Source: Polyangiales bacterium
GTDB taxonomy: Bacteria; Myxococcota_A; Polyangia; Polyangiales; Ga0077539
Assembly: GCA_044229975.1 (NCBI GenBank)
Contig: JBGARZ010000001.1
Span: 384,001 to 448,000 of the forward strand
Direction: 5' to 3'
Length of the DNA stretch: 64,000 nucleotides
The translations under genes and the position numbers were made by a program. Position 1 is the first letter of the stretch; each line of letters begins with the position of its first letter. Shown piece after piece: positions 27,780 through 36,411 of this stretch. The notes beneath the pieces are model-generated. The model was not told the origin of the DNA, did no database searches, and saw nothing but the letters and a program-made list of their open reading frames with translations.

Positions 27780-28204
27780 TGGCAGGGCCCGTGGTGGTGG
27801 CGGCGGCGGTGGTGATCGACGGCGACCGGGTGCTGCTGACGCAACGCCCGAGCGGGACGCACCTCGCGGGCGCGTGGGAGTTTCCCGGCGGCAAGCTGGA
27901 GGAGCACGAGGCCCCGGCGGCGGCGCTGGTGCGCGAGCTGCGCGAAGAGCTCGGGGTGGAGTCTGAGGTGGGCGAGGTGCTCGACGTGACCTGGTGGCGC
28001 TACCCCACCAAGAGCGTGCTGCTGCTCTTCTACCGCGCCCGCATCACGGCGGGCGACATCGCCCACCTCGGCGTGGCCGACCACGTCTGGGCGCGCCGCG
28101 AAGACCTCGATGGCTACTCCTTCCCCCCGGCCGACGTGGCGGTGCTCGGGAAGATCCGCGCGCTCCTCGATGCCGCAGGGCGTCCGCCGTCATCCCCGAC
28201 CTGA
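27779..28204 (+). CDS. NUDIX hydrolase (MutT/NudG-like)
   Basis: WEFPGGKLEEHEAPAAALVRELREELG Nudix box; TGATG coupling to upstream gene. Confidence 0.9.
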   Translation: MAGPVVVAAAVVIDGDRVLLTQRPSGTHLAGAWEFPGGKLEEHEAPAAALVRELREELGVESEVGEVLDVTWWRYPTKSVLLLFYRARITAGDIAHLGVADHVWARREDLDGYSFPPADVAVLGKIRALLDAAGRPPSSPT

Positions 28205-28236
28205 TACGCCTCGAAGTCCGGCGGAGAGGACGTGTT

Positions 28237-29751
28237 ATGGTCGTCGCCAGGTCGATGGCAGGCATGGATCGCCCCTCTTCACCGCAGCCATCCCAGACCT
28301 TGGACGGGCTCGACGACGACGACATGGCCGAGCGCCTGCCGCCGGGCACGCGCTTCGGCCGCTACGAGGTGCGCCGGCTGCTCGGTCACGGCGCCTTTGG
28401 GGCGGTGTACGAGGCGCAGCAGCACGAGCCGCTCCAGCGCACCGTCGCGCTGAAGGTGCTGCACGACGTCGCCCGCACCAGCCCGCAGCTCGTCGCCCGC
28501 TTCATGCGCGAGGCGCAGATCGCCGCGAGCATCGCGCACCCGCACATCGTCACGGTGTTCGACATCGGCACCGAGGGCAACGTGCCGTACATCGCGATGG
28601 AGCGACTGCACGGCGAGGCCCTCGAAGCCCTGCTCGACCGCCAGCGCGTGCTCACCCCGACGCAGACCGTCGACGTGCTGCTGCCCATCCTGTCGGCCGT
28701 CGCGGCGGTGCACGACGCCGGCATCGTTCATCGTGACCTGAAGCCCGCCAACCTCTTCCTCTCCACGCCGCGGCCCGGCGCCGTCGTGCCCAAGCTCCTC
28801 GACTTCGGCATCGTGAAGGTGCTCGACCGCACCGCCAGCGCCGCGCGCACCGAGACGCGCGCCTTCCTCGGGACGCCCCACTACACCTCGCCCGAGCAGG
28901 CGATGGACTCCTCGACCATCGGCACGTCGAGCGACCAGTGGTCCCTCGGGGTGATCCTGTACGAGTGCCTCACGGGCACGCGTCCGTGGTGCGCGGGCCC
29001 CGTGCTGAAGGTGCTCTTCGAGATCACGTCGGCCGAGATCAAGCCGCCCTCGTCCGTGCGATCGTCCATCCCGCGCGAGCTCGACGCCGTCGTGATGCGC
29101 GCCCTCTCGCGGCCCACCGACGAGCGCTTCGCCTCGGTGCGCCAGCTCGGAGGCGCGCTGCTGCCCTTCGCCTCCGAGGCCGTCCGGTCGACGTGGCGCG
29201 GCGAGTTCGAGTCCCACGCCCCGAAGCCCGTCGTGCGCCCGCCGCCGCAGCTCCCGCAGCTCGCGCCCGATCCTGCGCCGGTGCCCAGGGCCCGCGTCGA
29301 GCCGCAGCTCGCGCCTGACCCCGAGCTCGCCGCGCGACCGCGAACGCCGCCCAGCCGCTCGGTGCCCAAGGCCAAGTACGGCGACCTGCAACCCGCGCCG
29401 CCGCCCCCCGCGCCGCCGCCGCGCTGGCTGTGGCCCGTCGTCGCCGTGGTGGCCCTCACGCTGGCGGCCATCGGCTTCATGGCCCTGCGCTCGCCCTCGA
29501 CGCCCGCGCCCATCGCAGCGCCGCCCGTGACCGTGGTGACGCCGCCCGAACCCGATCCGCCGCCCACGCTGCCGCCACCTGCGCCGTCACCGCCGCCCGC
29601 GCCCGTGGTCGTCGCGCCTCCGGTGCCCGTCCCCGCGCCGCTCCCGGTCGTCGAACCCGTGACCCCGCGCGAGCAGCACCCGCGTCGGCGCACGCATCCG
29701 GCCGGTGACCCTCCGCCCGCGTCGCCGACCGGAGGCATCCCCAATGTCTAG
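28237..29751 (+). CDS. Serine/threonine protein kinase with TM helix and Pro-rich tail
   Basis: LGHGAFGAVY, VALKVL, HRDLKPAN, DFGI, GTPHYTSPEQ. Confidence 0.93.
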   Translation: MVVARSMAGMDRPSSPQPSQTLDGLDDDDMAERLPPGTRFGRYEVRRLLGHGAFGAVYEAQQHEPLQRTVALKVLHDVARTSPQLVARFMREAQIAASIAHPHIVTVFDIGTEGNVPYIAMERLHGEALEALLDRQRVLTPTQTVDVLLPILSAVAAVHDAGIVHRDLKPANLFLSTPRPGAVVPKLLDFGIVKVLDRTASAARTETRAFLGTPHYTSPEQAMDSSTIGTSSDQWSLGVILYECLTGTRPWCAGPVLKVLFEITSAEIKPPSSVRSSIPRELDAVVMRALSRPTDERFASVRQLGGALLPFASEAVRSTWRGEFESHAPKPVVRPPPQLPQLAPDPAPVPRARVEPQLAPDPELAARPRTPPSRSVPKAKYGDLQPAPPPPAPPPRWLWPVVAVVALTLAAIGFMALRSPSTPAPIAAPPVTVVTPPEPDPPPTLPPPAPSPPPAPVVVAPPVPVPAPLPVVEPVTPREQHPRRRTHPAGDPPPASPTGGIPNV

Positions 29752-30784
29752 GCCCTCGCTGTCCGCGGCGTTGGTGGTGCTGGCGCTCGGACGTTCGGTG
29801 GTCGCGCAGACCGTCGACGTCGAGGCCGAGCACCAGCGCGGCGTCACGCTGCGCAACGAGCACCGCGACGCCGAGGCGCTGGCGGTCTTCCGCGGGCTCT
29901 ACGATCGCAGTGGGGAGGTGCGGGCGTTGGCGCGGGTCGCGCTCGCCGAGGCGGCGCTCTCCCGCTGGGTCGACGCCGAGGCGCACCTCCAACGCGCGCT
30001 CGCCGCGGACGACGCGTGGGTCGCGCAAAACCGCGCGAGCCTGGAGCAGGGACTCGCGGCGGTGCGGCAACACCTCGGCACGCTCGCGGTGCACGTCGAC
30101 GTCGCGGGCGCCGAGGTCCTCGTCGCGGGCGTCCCCGTCGGGACCACCCCCCTCAACCACCCCCTCCGCGTAGCCGCGGGTTCGGTGGACGTCGAGGTCC
30201 GCGCGCCGCAACGTGCTGCCGCGCGGCGCGCGGTGATGGTCCGCGCGGGCACCGAGGTCACGGGGCTCGACATCGAGCTCCCTGCGGTCGAAGCGACGCC
30301 CCACTTCGCCAACGCCACCGCGGCAACACCCACCTCCGACCCGACGCCGACCCTCGAACCCGACGCGGTCAACGGCTCCGCTCCGCCGGTGATGGAGCCC
30401 AACGCGCGGCGCGAGCGCGAGGCGCGCCGGGCGACGCTGGAGACCCTGAGCACCACGAGCCTGGTGATCGGCGGCGCGGGCCTTCTCACGGCCGCCATCG
30501 GCGTCGGTCTGCGCGAGAGCGCGGTGTCGACCTTCAACAGCAACGGCTGCCTCCTGCTGGGCGAAGACCCAGGGGTCTTCGCGAACGGCTACGACTGCGC
30601 CGCGCGGTACAGCCAGGGCGAGACAGCGACCGCGGTGGCCATCGCGGGCCTCGCGGTGGGCGTGGCCTTCGCGGTGACCGGCGTCGTGCTGCGGGTGGTG
30701 GCGCCGAGCGCGCCGACGCGTCGGGCCGTGGCGTGCGGGCCCTCCATGACGGGCGTCGGGATGCTGTGCGGCGGGAGGTTCTGA
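29744..30784 (+). CDS. TPR + PEGA domain membrane protein
   Basis: Signal peptide, TPR-like helices, DVAGAEVLVAG.PVGTTPL PEGA motif, two C-terminal TMs; overlaps kinase stop. Confidence 0.8.
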   Translation: MSRPSLSAALVVLALGRSVVAQTVDVEAEHQRGVTLRNEHRDAEALAVFRGLYDRSGEVRALARVALAEAALSRWVDAEAHLQRALAADDAWVAQNRASLEQGLAAVRQHLGTLAVHVDVAGAEVLVAGVPVGTTPLNHPLRVAAGSVDVEVRAPQRAAARRAVMVRAGTEVTGLDIELPAVEATPHFANATAATPTSDPTPTLEPDAVNGSAPPVMEPNARREREARRATLETLSTTSLVIGGAGLLTAAIGVGLRESAVSTFNSNGCLLLGEDPGVFANGYDCAARYSQGETATAVAIAGLAVGVAFAVTGVVLRVVAPSAPTRRAVACGPSMTGVGMLCGGRF

Positions 30785-30786
30785 CC

Positions 30787-31287
30787 ATGAGGGCTCATCG
30801 CTTCGCGGCGCTGCTCGGCGCGCTCACGATGGGGGCGTGCAGCTCGTACAACCGCTCGACCGGCGACGCGGCCTACCTCGACCTGGGCATGGGACTCGAC
30901 CTCGGAACGCCGCCCGCGCCCGATCGACCGACCGTCGGAGACCAACCAACCGTCACAGACCAACCGACCGTCGGAGACCAACCGTCGATCAAAGATGCGG
31001 GCAGCACGACCGACCTCGGCTACGCGCCCGGTGTCCTCTCGTGCGCTCGGCTGTGCGCTCGGCTGGCGACGTCGGCGACGTGCTCGGGGGCGCAGGGCGG
31101 CTGCGAGACGGCGTGCGGCGAGACGCTCAATCCCTTCGCGCCCCGGTGCAGAGACAGCTTCGTCGCGCTGTTCAACTGCATCGAGTCGGCCGACGCGACG
31201 ACCATCATGTGCGGCAGCAGCGTGATGTTTCCGTTCACGACCTGCGCGGCGCTCAACATGACCGCGGTGGAGTGCGTTCGGCGGTAG
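30787..31287 (+). CDS. Cys-rich lipoprotein
   Basis: Lipobox LTMGAC; DQPTV(G/T) repeats; C-terminal Cys-rich domain. Confidence 0.7.
   Translation: MRAHRFAALLGALTMGACSSYNRSTGDAAYLDLGMGLDLGTPPAPDRPTVGDQPTVTDQPTVGDQPSIKDAGSTTDLGYAPGVLSCARLCARLATSATCSGAQGGCETACGETLNPFAPRCRDSFVALFNCIESADATTIMCGSSVMFPFTTCAALNMTAVECVRR
30922..30985 (+). repeat. 18-bp coding tandem repeat (DQPTVG/T x ~3.5)
   Basis: gaccaaccaaccgtcaca / gaccaaccgaccgtcgga units. Confidence 0.75.
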
Positions 31288-31311
31288 TCGTCGCCGAGGC
31301 GGGCGCGACGA

Positions 31312-32199
31312 TCAGAAGACGTAGTGCAGGGCGAGGCCGCCGTAGAAGCCGATGAGCGCGTAGCCGCCGTCGACGCGCACGTCGAAGTGACGGTGCGGGC
31401 GGAAGTGCATCGCGAGGTGGGGCAGCGCGATCCACGGCACCGCCGGCGGAACGCTCCCGCTGTTGGAGTCGGTGGTCAGCCGCTCGGCGTAGCGGCCGGT
31501 GACCTGGCCGTTGGCGTCGAAGGTCGCGTAGTGGCTGTTGGAGCTGTCGCAGTAGCCCGGAACACCATCGCCTGGGCCGCGGCACTCGCGGTACCCGCCG
31601 CCCGCCGAGCTGTTGGGCGTGACCTGCGTGCGGTAGAGATTGCCGCCCACCGCCGACACCCCGACGCCCATCCCGTACTGGATCTCGAACCAGTCGTTGA
31701 TGCGCGACCCCCAGAGGAAGAGCACGTTGGCGCTGAGGGTCCACAGCGAGCTCTCGATGCGCTCGAGCGCGACGTCGCCCTCGTTGCGCCCGCGCACGAG
31801 GCCGAAGTTGGGGTCGGGGGTCGAGAGGTTGGTGTACTGGAGCCCCACCACGATATCGAGCGCCCCGCGGCGGTAGACGTACTCCAGCCCCGGCGAGACG
31901 GTGAGCGGGCCCGACCAGTCGTTGGCCACCGCCGCGAAGAGCTTCACGAAGGCGACCGGGGTGTTCCAGATCCAGAAGCGCGCGCCGATGCTGTGCTCGG
32001 CGTTGCGGCCGAAGCGCGGCGGATCGAGCGCGACGGCCGAGCGACCCGCGGCCAGCGCCGGATCGGCGACCACACCGTTGCCCGCAGGCACCACACCCGG
32101 AGCCACGGTGCCCTGCGCCGACGCGCCCGTCTGCGCGAAGGCGCTGGTGGAGATCGACAACCCGCCTGCGACGACCAGCGCCGCGACCCGACCGTTCAT
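31312..32199 (-). CDS. Putative outer-membrane beta-barrel protein
   Basis: Signal peptide (SAFA|Q), amphipathic strands, C-terminal GLALHYVF. Confidence 0.7.
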   Translation of the reverse strand: MNGRVAALVVAGGLSISTSAFAQTGASAQGTVAPGVVPAGNGVVADPALAAGRSAVALDPPRFGRNAEHSIGARFWIWNTPVAFVKLFAAVANDWSGPLTVSPGLEYVYRRGALDIVVGLQYTNLSTPDPNFGLVRGRNEGDVALERIESSLWTLSANVLFLWGSRINDWFEIQYGMGVGVSAVGGNLYRTQVTPNSSAGGGYRECRGPGDGVPGYCDSSNSHYATFDANGQVTGRYAERLTTDSNSGSVPPAVPWIALPHLAMHFRPHRHFDVRVDGGYALIGFYGGLALHYVF

Positions 32200-32270
32200 G
32201 GATGTTTCCTTGTGGTGAGAGACCTGCGACCGACCCGCCGCGCGACTCTACACACGCGCCGTCGCCGCGA

Positions 32271-32822
32271 TCAATGAGTGGTTGGTGACCCTTGGAGCGC
32301 GTCGCTGATCGTGCGCCGCACCGTCTCGTCGCGCTCCACCCGCAGCCGCTCGGCCAGCAGTCCGCGCGCGGCCGGGTTGGTCGACCGCGCCAGCGCCCAC
32401 GCCGCCCCGTCGCGCACCTCGACCCGCGCGTCGCCGAGAAACCCCCGCGCCGTCGCCACGTCGTTGCAGCCCACCACCAGCGCGTCGAGCGCCGCGCGCA
32501 GCACGTAGAGCCCCTGCCCCGGCACCGTCGCCAGCGCCCGCAGGTACTCCTTCACGCCGGGCCGCGCGCCGAAGAGCCGCAGCGCGTACACCGCCCGCTG
32601 CCGCACGTGGGGCGCCGCCGCCGGGTCGTTGCCGATGGCCATCAGCACCGCGGGCGTGTCGCTCCCCCACTGCCGCACCGTCGCGTCGTCGGGGGCCTGC
32701 TCGATGCCGCTGAGCTCGTGCTCCATCTGGGCCCGGGTCACCTGCTGCGCCGCCGCGGGACACGCCACCACGCAGGTCGAGAGCAGCACCATCACGCCCA
32801 GGATTCGTCGTCGCCGTGACAC
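32271..32822 (-). CDS. Secreted HEAT-repeat protein
   Basis: Signal peptide; VRQRAVYAL, VRDGAAWALA, DETVRR HEAT-like motifs; start uncertain. Confidence 0.7.
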   Translation of the reverse strand: MSRRRRILGVMVLLSTCVVACPAAAQQVTRAQMEHELSGIEQAPDDATVRQWGSDTPAVLMAIGNDPAAAPHVRQRAVYALRLFGARPGVKEYLRALATVPGQGLYVLRAALDALVVGCNDVATARGFLGDARVEVRDGAAWALARSTNPAARGLLAERLRVERDETVRRTISDALQGSPTTH

Positions 32823-32842
32823 GGCCGGTACACTACACGCGG

Positions 32843-33853
32843 ATGTCTGCCCCCGTCACCACCGCGGGTCCCCGCCCGCTGACCGAGACCGTCGACGGCA
32901 ACCGCTCGGTCGTCGTCGAGGAGACGTCCATCACGGTCCCCGGCGCGCAGCCGCTGGGGCTCGTTCGCAAGCGCCTCGCGGGCGCCGATCGCTCGACGCC
33001 GCTGCTTCTCGTCCACGGCTTCGGTCAGAACCGCCACGCCTTCGACCTCTCGCGCCGCAGCCTCGCCAACCACCTCGCGTCCGTCGGTCACGACGTCTTC
33101 GGCCTCGACCTCCGCGGCCATGGTCGCTCGCGCGAAGTCGGCTCCCGCCCCGCTGCGAGCCTCGACCCGTACATCGACGAAGACCTCCCCGCCGCGATGG
33201 ACGCCGTCGCCGCGCTCACCGGCCTCCCCCGCGTCATCCTCGTCGGCCACTCCGCCGGCGGAACCATCGCCTACGCCGTCACCGCCTCCCGCCCCGATCG
33301 GGTGCAGGCCGTGGTCACCCTCGCGACGCCGTACGCCTGGGGACGCGACGCGCTCATCGTCGACGTCGTCGCCCGCGCCGCTGCGCTCGTCGGGCGCGGC
33401 GACCGCGGGCACACCAGCTTCCCCATGGGCGCCGTGCGCGGAATGCTCCGCGCCACGCGACCGCTCTGGGACACGCACTGGCTCCCGCTCCCCATCCGCG
33501 CGTGGGACCCCGGCGGCTTCGAGCCCGACGTGCTCGCCGAGTACCTCGACCGATCGTTTGACCGCGCCAGCTTCGGCGAGCTCGCCCACCTCATCGACGG
33601 CCGCGCGCACTCCACCGATCACCCGGCCCGGGGCTTCACCGACGTCGACGTCCCGCTGCTCGTCGTCGCGGGCGCCCACGACACCCTCGCCCGCCCCGCC
33701 GCGGTGCGCCCCGCCTTCGACCGCAGCGTCTCTCGCGATCGCACCTTCGTCACGTTCCCCAACGGCCACGGGGACCTCGTGCTGGGCCGCAAGGCCCCCT
33801 CCCTCTTGTGGCCCACCCTGAGCCGATGGCTACAACGACGCGCCTCGCCCTGA
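32843..33853 (+). CDS. Alpha/beta hydrolase
   Basis: LLVHGFGQN, DLRGHGRS, GHSAGG nucleophile elbow, AGAHD, GHGDL. Confidence 0.9.
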   Translation: MSAPVTTAGPRPLTETVDGNRSVVVEETSITVPGAQPLGLVRKRLAGADRSTPLLLVHGFGQNRHAFDLSRRSLANHLASVGHDVFGLDLRGHGRSREVGSRPAASLDPYIDEDLPAAMDAVAALTGLPRVILVGHSAGGTIAYAVTASRPDRVQAVVTLATPYAWGRDALIVDVVARAAALVGRGDRGHTSFPMGAVRGMLRATRPLWDTHWLPLPIRAWDPGGFEPDVLAEYLDRSFDRASFGELAHLIDGRAHSTDHPARGFTDVDVPLLVVAGAHDTLARPAAVRPAFDRSVSRDRTFVTFPNGHGDLVLGRKAPSLLWPTLSRWLQRRASP

Positions 33854-34827
33854 GCCTCCTCCTCGCCGCCAGCGCGGCCCACGCCACCGACGCCGACGAC
33901 GCCCTCGCCGCGCGCTGTCGACCCGACGGTCGACTGCTCCCCGCCGCCCGCGCCGCGCTCGCGGCCGAGGCCCCCACGCCCGACGAGCAGCGCGCGCGCA
34001 CCGAGGCCGCCGGGATGTTCGCGCCCACCGTCCACACCGTGGTGCTGCCCAGCAACGACCCCGCCGCGCTCGCCGCCGCCATCGACCGCGCCCGTCACGC
34101 GACGCTCCTCCCCCGCTGCGCCGTCGCCACCGACGGAACCCGCGTCGCCCTCGCCATCGCCCCGCGCGTCGTCGAGGTGCTCACCTCTCGCGACCATGGT
34201 GCCCTCACCGTGCGCGCCGCCCTTCCGCAGTCGGTCACCGACGCGCGTCTCGCCGCCACCGATGCCGACGGCGCCGTCACGGTGCTGCCCTTCGACGCCA
34301 CCGGGTCGGCGCTGCTCCCAGTGTCGCTCACACCCGCCACGCTCCAGGTCATCGCCACCCTCGGCGACGGACCCGTTCCGCTCGCGACGTGGCACCCGGC
34401 GCCGACGGCCGTTGCGCCCGCCGAGATGCTCACCGACGGCCGCGATCTGCTCGCCGCCATCAACCGCGAGCGCTCACGCCTCGGCGCGTCGGCCCTGCGC
34501 CGTGACCCGCTGCTCGACCGCGTCGCCGCGGCGCACGCGCGCAACCTGGCGTCGCGTGGTGTGCTGGTTCACCGCCCGACGCCCGACGATGGGCCCGTCG
34601 AGCGCCTCGCCCGCGCCCGCGTGGGCGCCGAGCGCGTCGCCGAAAACCTCGCGCGCGCCCAGACGCTCACCGACGCCCACGCCCGATGGATGGCCTCGCC
34701 GTCGCACCGCGCCAACGTGCTCGACCCGGCGCTCGACGCGCTCGGACTCGGCGTGGCCACGCGCGAAGGTGAGCTCTACGTGGTGGAGCTCTTCGCGACG
34801 CACCCGACGTTGTCCGCCGGGCCGTGA
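33826..34827 (+). CDS. Secreted CAP (SCP) domain protein
   Basis: INRERSRLG..LRRDPLLDRVAAAHA, AENLA, WMASPSHRANVL. Confidence 0.85.
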   Translation: MATTTRLALSLLLAASAAHATDADDALAARCRPDGRLLPAARAALAAEAPTPDEQRARTEAAGMFAPTVHTVVLPSNDPAALAAAIDRARHATLLPRCAVATDGTRVALAIAPRVVEVLTSRDHGALTVRAALPQSVTDARLAATDADGAVTVLPFDATGSALLPVSLTPATLQVIATLGDGPVPLATWHPAPTAVAPAEMLTDGRDLLAAINRERSRLGASALRRDPLLDRVAAAHARNLASRGVLVHRPTPDDGPVERLARARVGAERVAENLARAQTLTDAHARWMASPSHRANVLDPALDALGLGVATREGELYVVELFATHPTLSAGP

Positions 34828-34855
34828 TGGGTGTTGTCGGGGGTTGGTAGCTGAC

Positions 34856-35134
34856 TCAGGCCGCGGCGGGAGCGTTGAGCTTGTGCACGGCGGCCGCGAG
34901 GCGGGAGACCCGGCGCGAGGCGGTGCCGCGGACGAGCACGCCCTTGGAGACGGCGCTGTCGAGGGCCGAGATGGCCGGGGTGAGCGCGGCCTTGGCGCCG
35001 GCGGCGTCGCCCTTGGCGATGAGCTCGCGGACGGTCTTCACCAACGAACGAAACTCGGTACGAACGCTCTTGTTGCGAGCGGTGCGCTTGATGGTCTGGC
35101 GGTTGCGCTTCTCGGCGGATGCATGATTGGCCAC
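34856..35134 (-). CDS. rpsT: 30S ribosomal protein S20
   Basis: MANHASAEKRNRQTIKRTARNK...AVSKGVL..TASRRVSRL. Confidence 0.97.
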   Translation of the reverse strand: MANHASAEKRNRQTIKRTARNKSVRTEFRSLVKTVRELIAKGDAAGAKAALTPAISALDSAVSKGVLVRGTASRRVSRLAAAVHKLNAPAAA

Positions 35135-35336
35135 GAGGAATCCTCCACTAACTACGGTCGCAGGGCGGCGGAACCTACCGGCAGCGCACCGCCCGCGTCA
35201 AGGCACCCTCCGGCGCTCCTTCGAGGCCAGTGACCCATGGACCAGAACGGGGTCAGGCAATGTTCCGAGCCGAGGGAATGGAACCTCTGCGCCTCGGCGT
35301 AGTCTCGAAGACCTGTAACGGAGGAGACAGACCACC

Positions 35337-36368
35337 ATGCGCGACACCCCTCTCCACGAGTCCCACCTGCTCGAAGCGGTTCGGAAGAAGGTCCTCACCA
35401 GCCAGCAGATGGAGGAGGTGCTGGCCATCGCCCGCTCCACCCCGGCCGGCGGCGCGGTCCGCGATGTCGGTTGGGCCACCGTGGTCCAGGGGCTCATCGC
35501 GGGCGCCGCGGTGATGGGCTCCGGCGTTGGGATCCTCATCGACGCCCACGACCACGGCGCCAACCTCGGCATGGCGGCCTACTCCGCCCTCGGCCTCGTC
35601 GCCTCCCTCCTCATCGGCCAGTACCTGCACCGCTTCTCGTGGGGTCGCGTCCCCGGCTCCATCGTCCGCGCGGGCGCCGCGGTGTGGTCCTTCGGCCTGG
35701 TGCTTGGGCTCCTCGGCGTCGTGATGCCGCTCGATCGTTACTCCGACGTGTACGACGGTCGCTTCGTCGGCGACTCCTTCCCACACCGACTCTGCATGGC
35801 CTTCGCAATCGCCAACTTCGCGTCCCTGCTGGTGGCGATGGGCCTCTGGCACTTCAAGCGATGCGCCCCCGCGCTCGGCATCGCCACCGTCCACGCCCTC
35901 ATGCTCACCCTCCCGGCCATGGAGGGAGCGAGCTCCAGGCAGGAGGCGCTCATCCTCCTCGGCGCAGGGGCAACCCTCTTCACCATGGTCTCCCTCAGCG
36001 ACCGCCTCTCTCGCGGGGCCGTCGACGGCGGGTTCTGGGTCTACCCCGCGGCGATGTTTCCGATGGGCGTCGCCGCCCTCCTCCGCATCGACCGCGAAGA
36101 GGGCGAGGTCTTCCTCTGGCTCCCCCTCGCGCTCTTCATGGGCGGCATCGCCTACGCCAACGGCCGCCGTTTTCCGCTGCTCTTCTCGGCCATCGCGATG
36201 GTGATCTTCCCCGCCTTCGCCCTCGCCGAGTCGCACGCCTCGTCCGGGGTCGTCATCGGCGCCCTCGTCGCGAGCGCCGCCGCCGTCGCCGCCGCGGTGC
36301 AGGCCATCCGCACCCGCGACCTCTCCCGCCCCGCCCCCGCGGGCGACCCGCCCTCCATCTGGGGCTGA
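35337..36368 (+). CDS. Polytopic membrane protein (DUF2157-like)
   Basis: GGAGGAG RBS; short soluble N-terminus followed by many TM helices. Confidence 0.6.
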   Translation: MRDTPLHESHLLEAVRKKVLTSQQMEEVLAIARSTPAGGAVRDVGWATVVQGLIAGAAVMGSGVGILIDAHDHGANLGMAAYSALGLVASLLIGQYLHRFSWGRVPGSIVRAGAAVWSFGLVLGLLGVVMPLDRYSDVYDGRFVGDSFPHRLCMAFAIANFASLLVAMGLWHFKRCAPALGIATVHALMLTLPAMEGASSRQEALILLGAGATLFTMVSLSDRLSRGAVDGGFWVYPAAMFPMGVAALLRIDREEGEVFLWLPLALFMGGIAYANGRRFPLLFSAIAMVIFPAFALAESHASSGVVIGALVASAAAVAAAVQAIRTRDLSRPAPAGDPPSIWG

Positions 36369-36411
36369 CGCGCCACTCCTCGCCGCGCGCGTTGGGACTA
36401 TCGTCCCGCGC

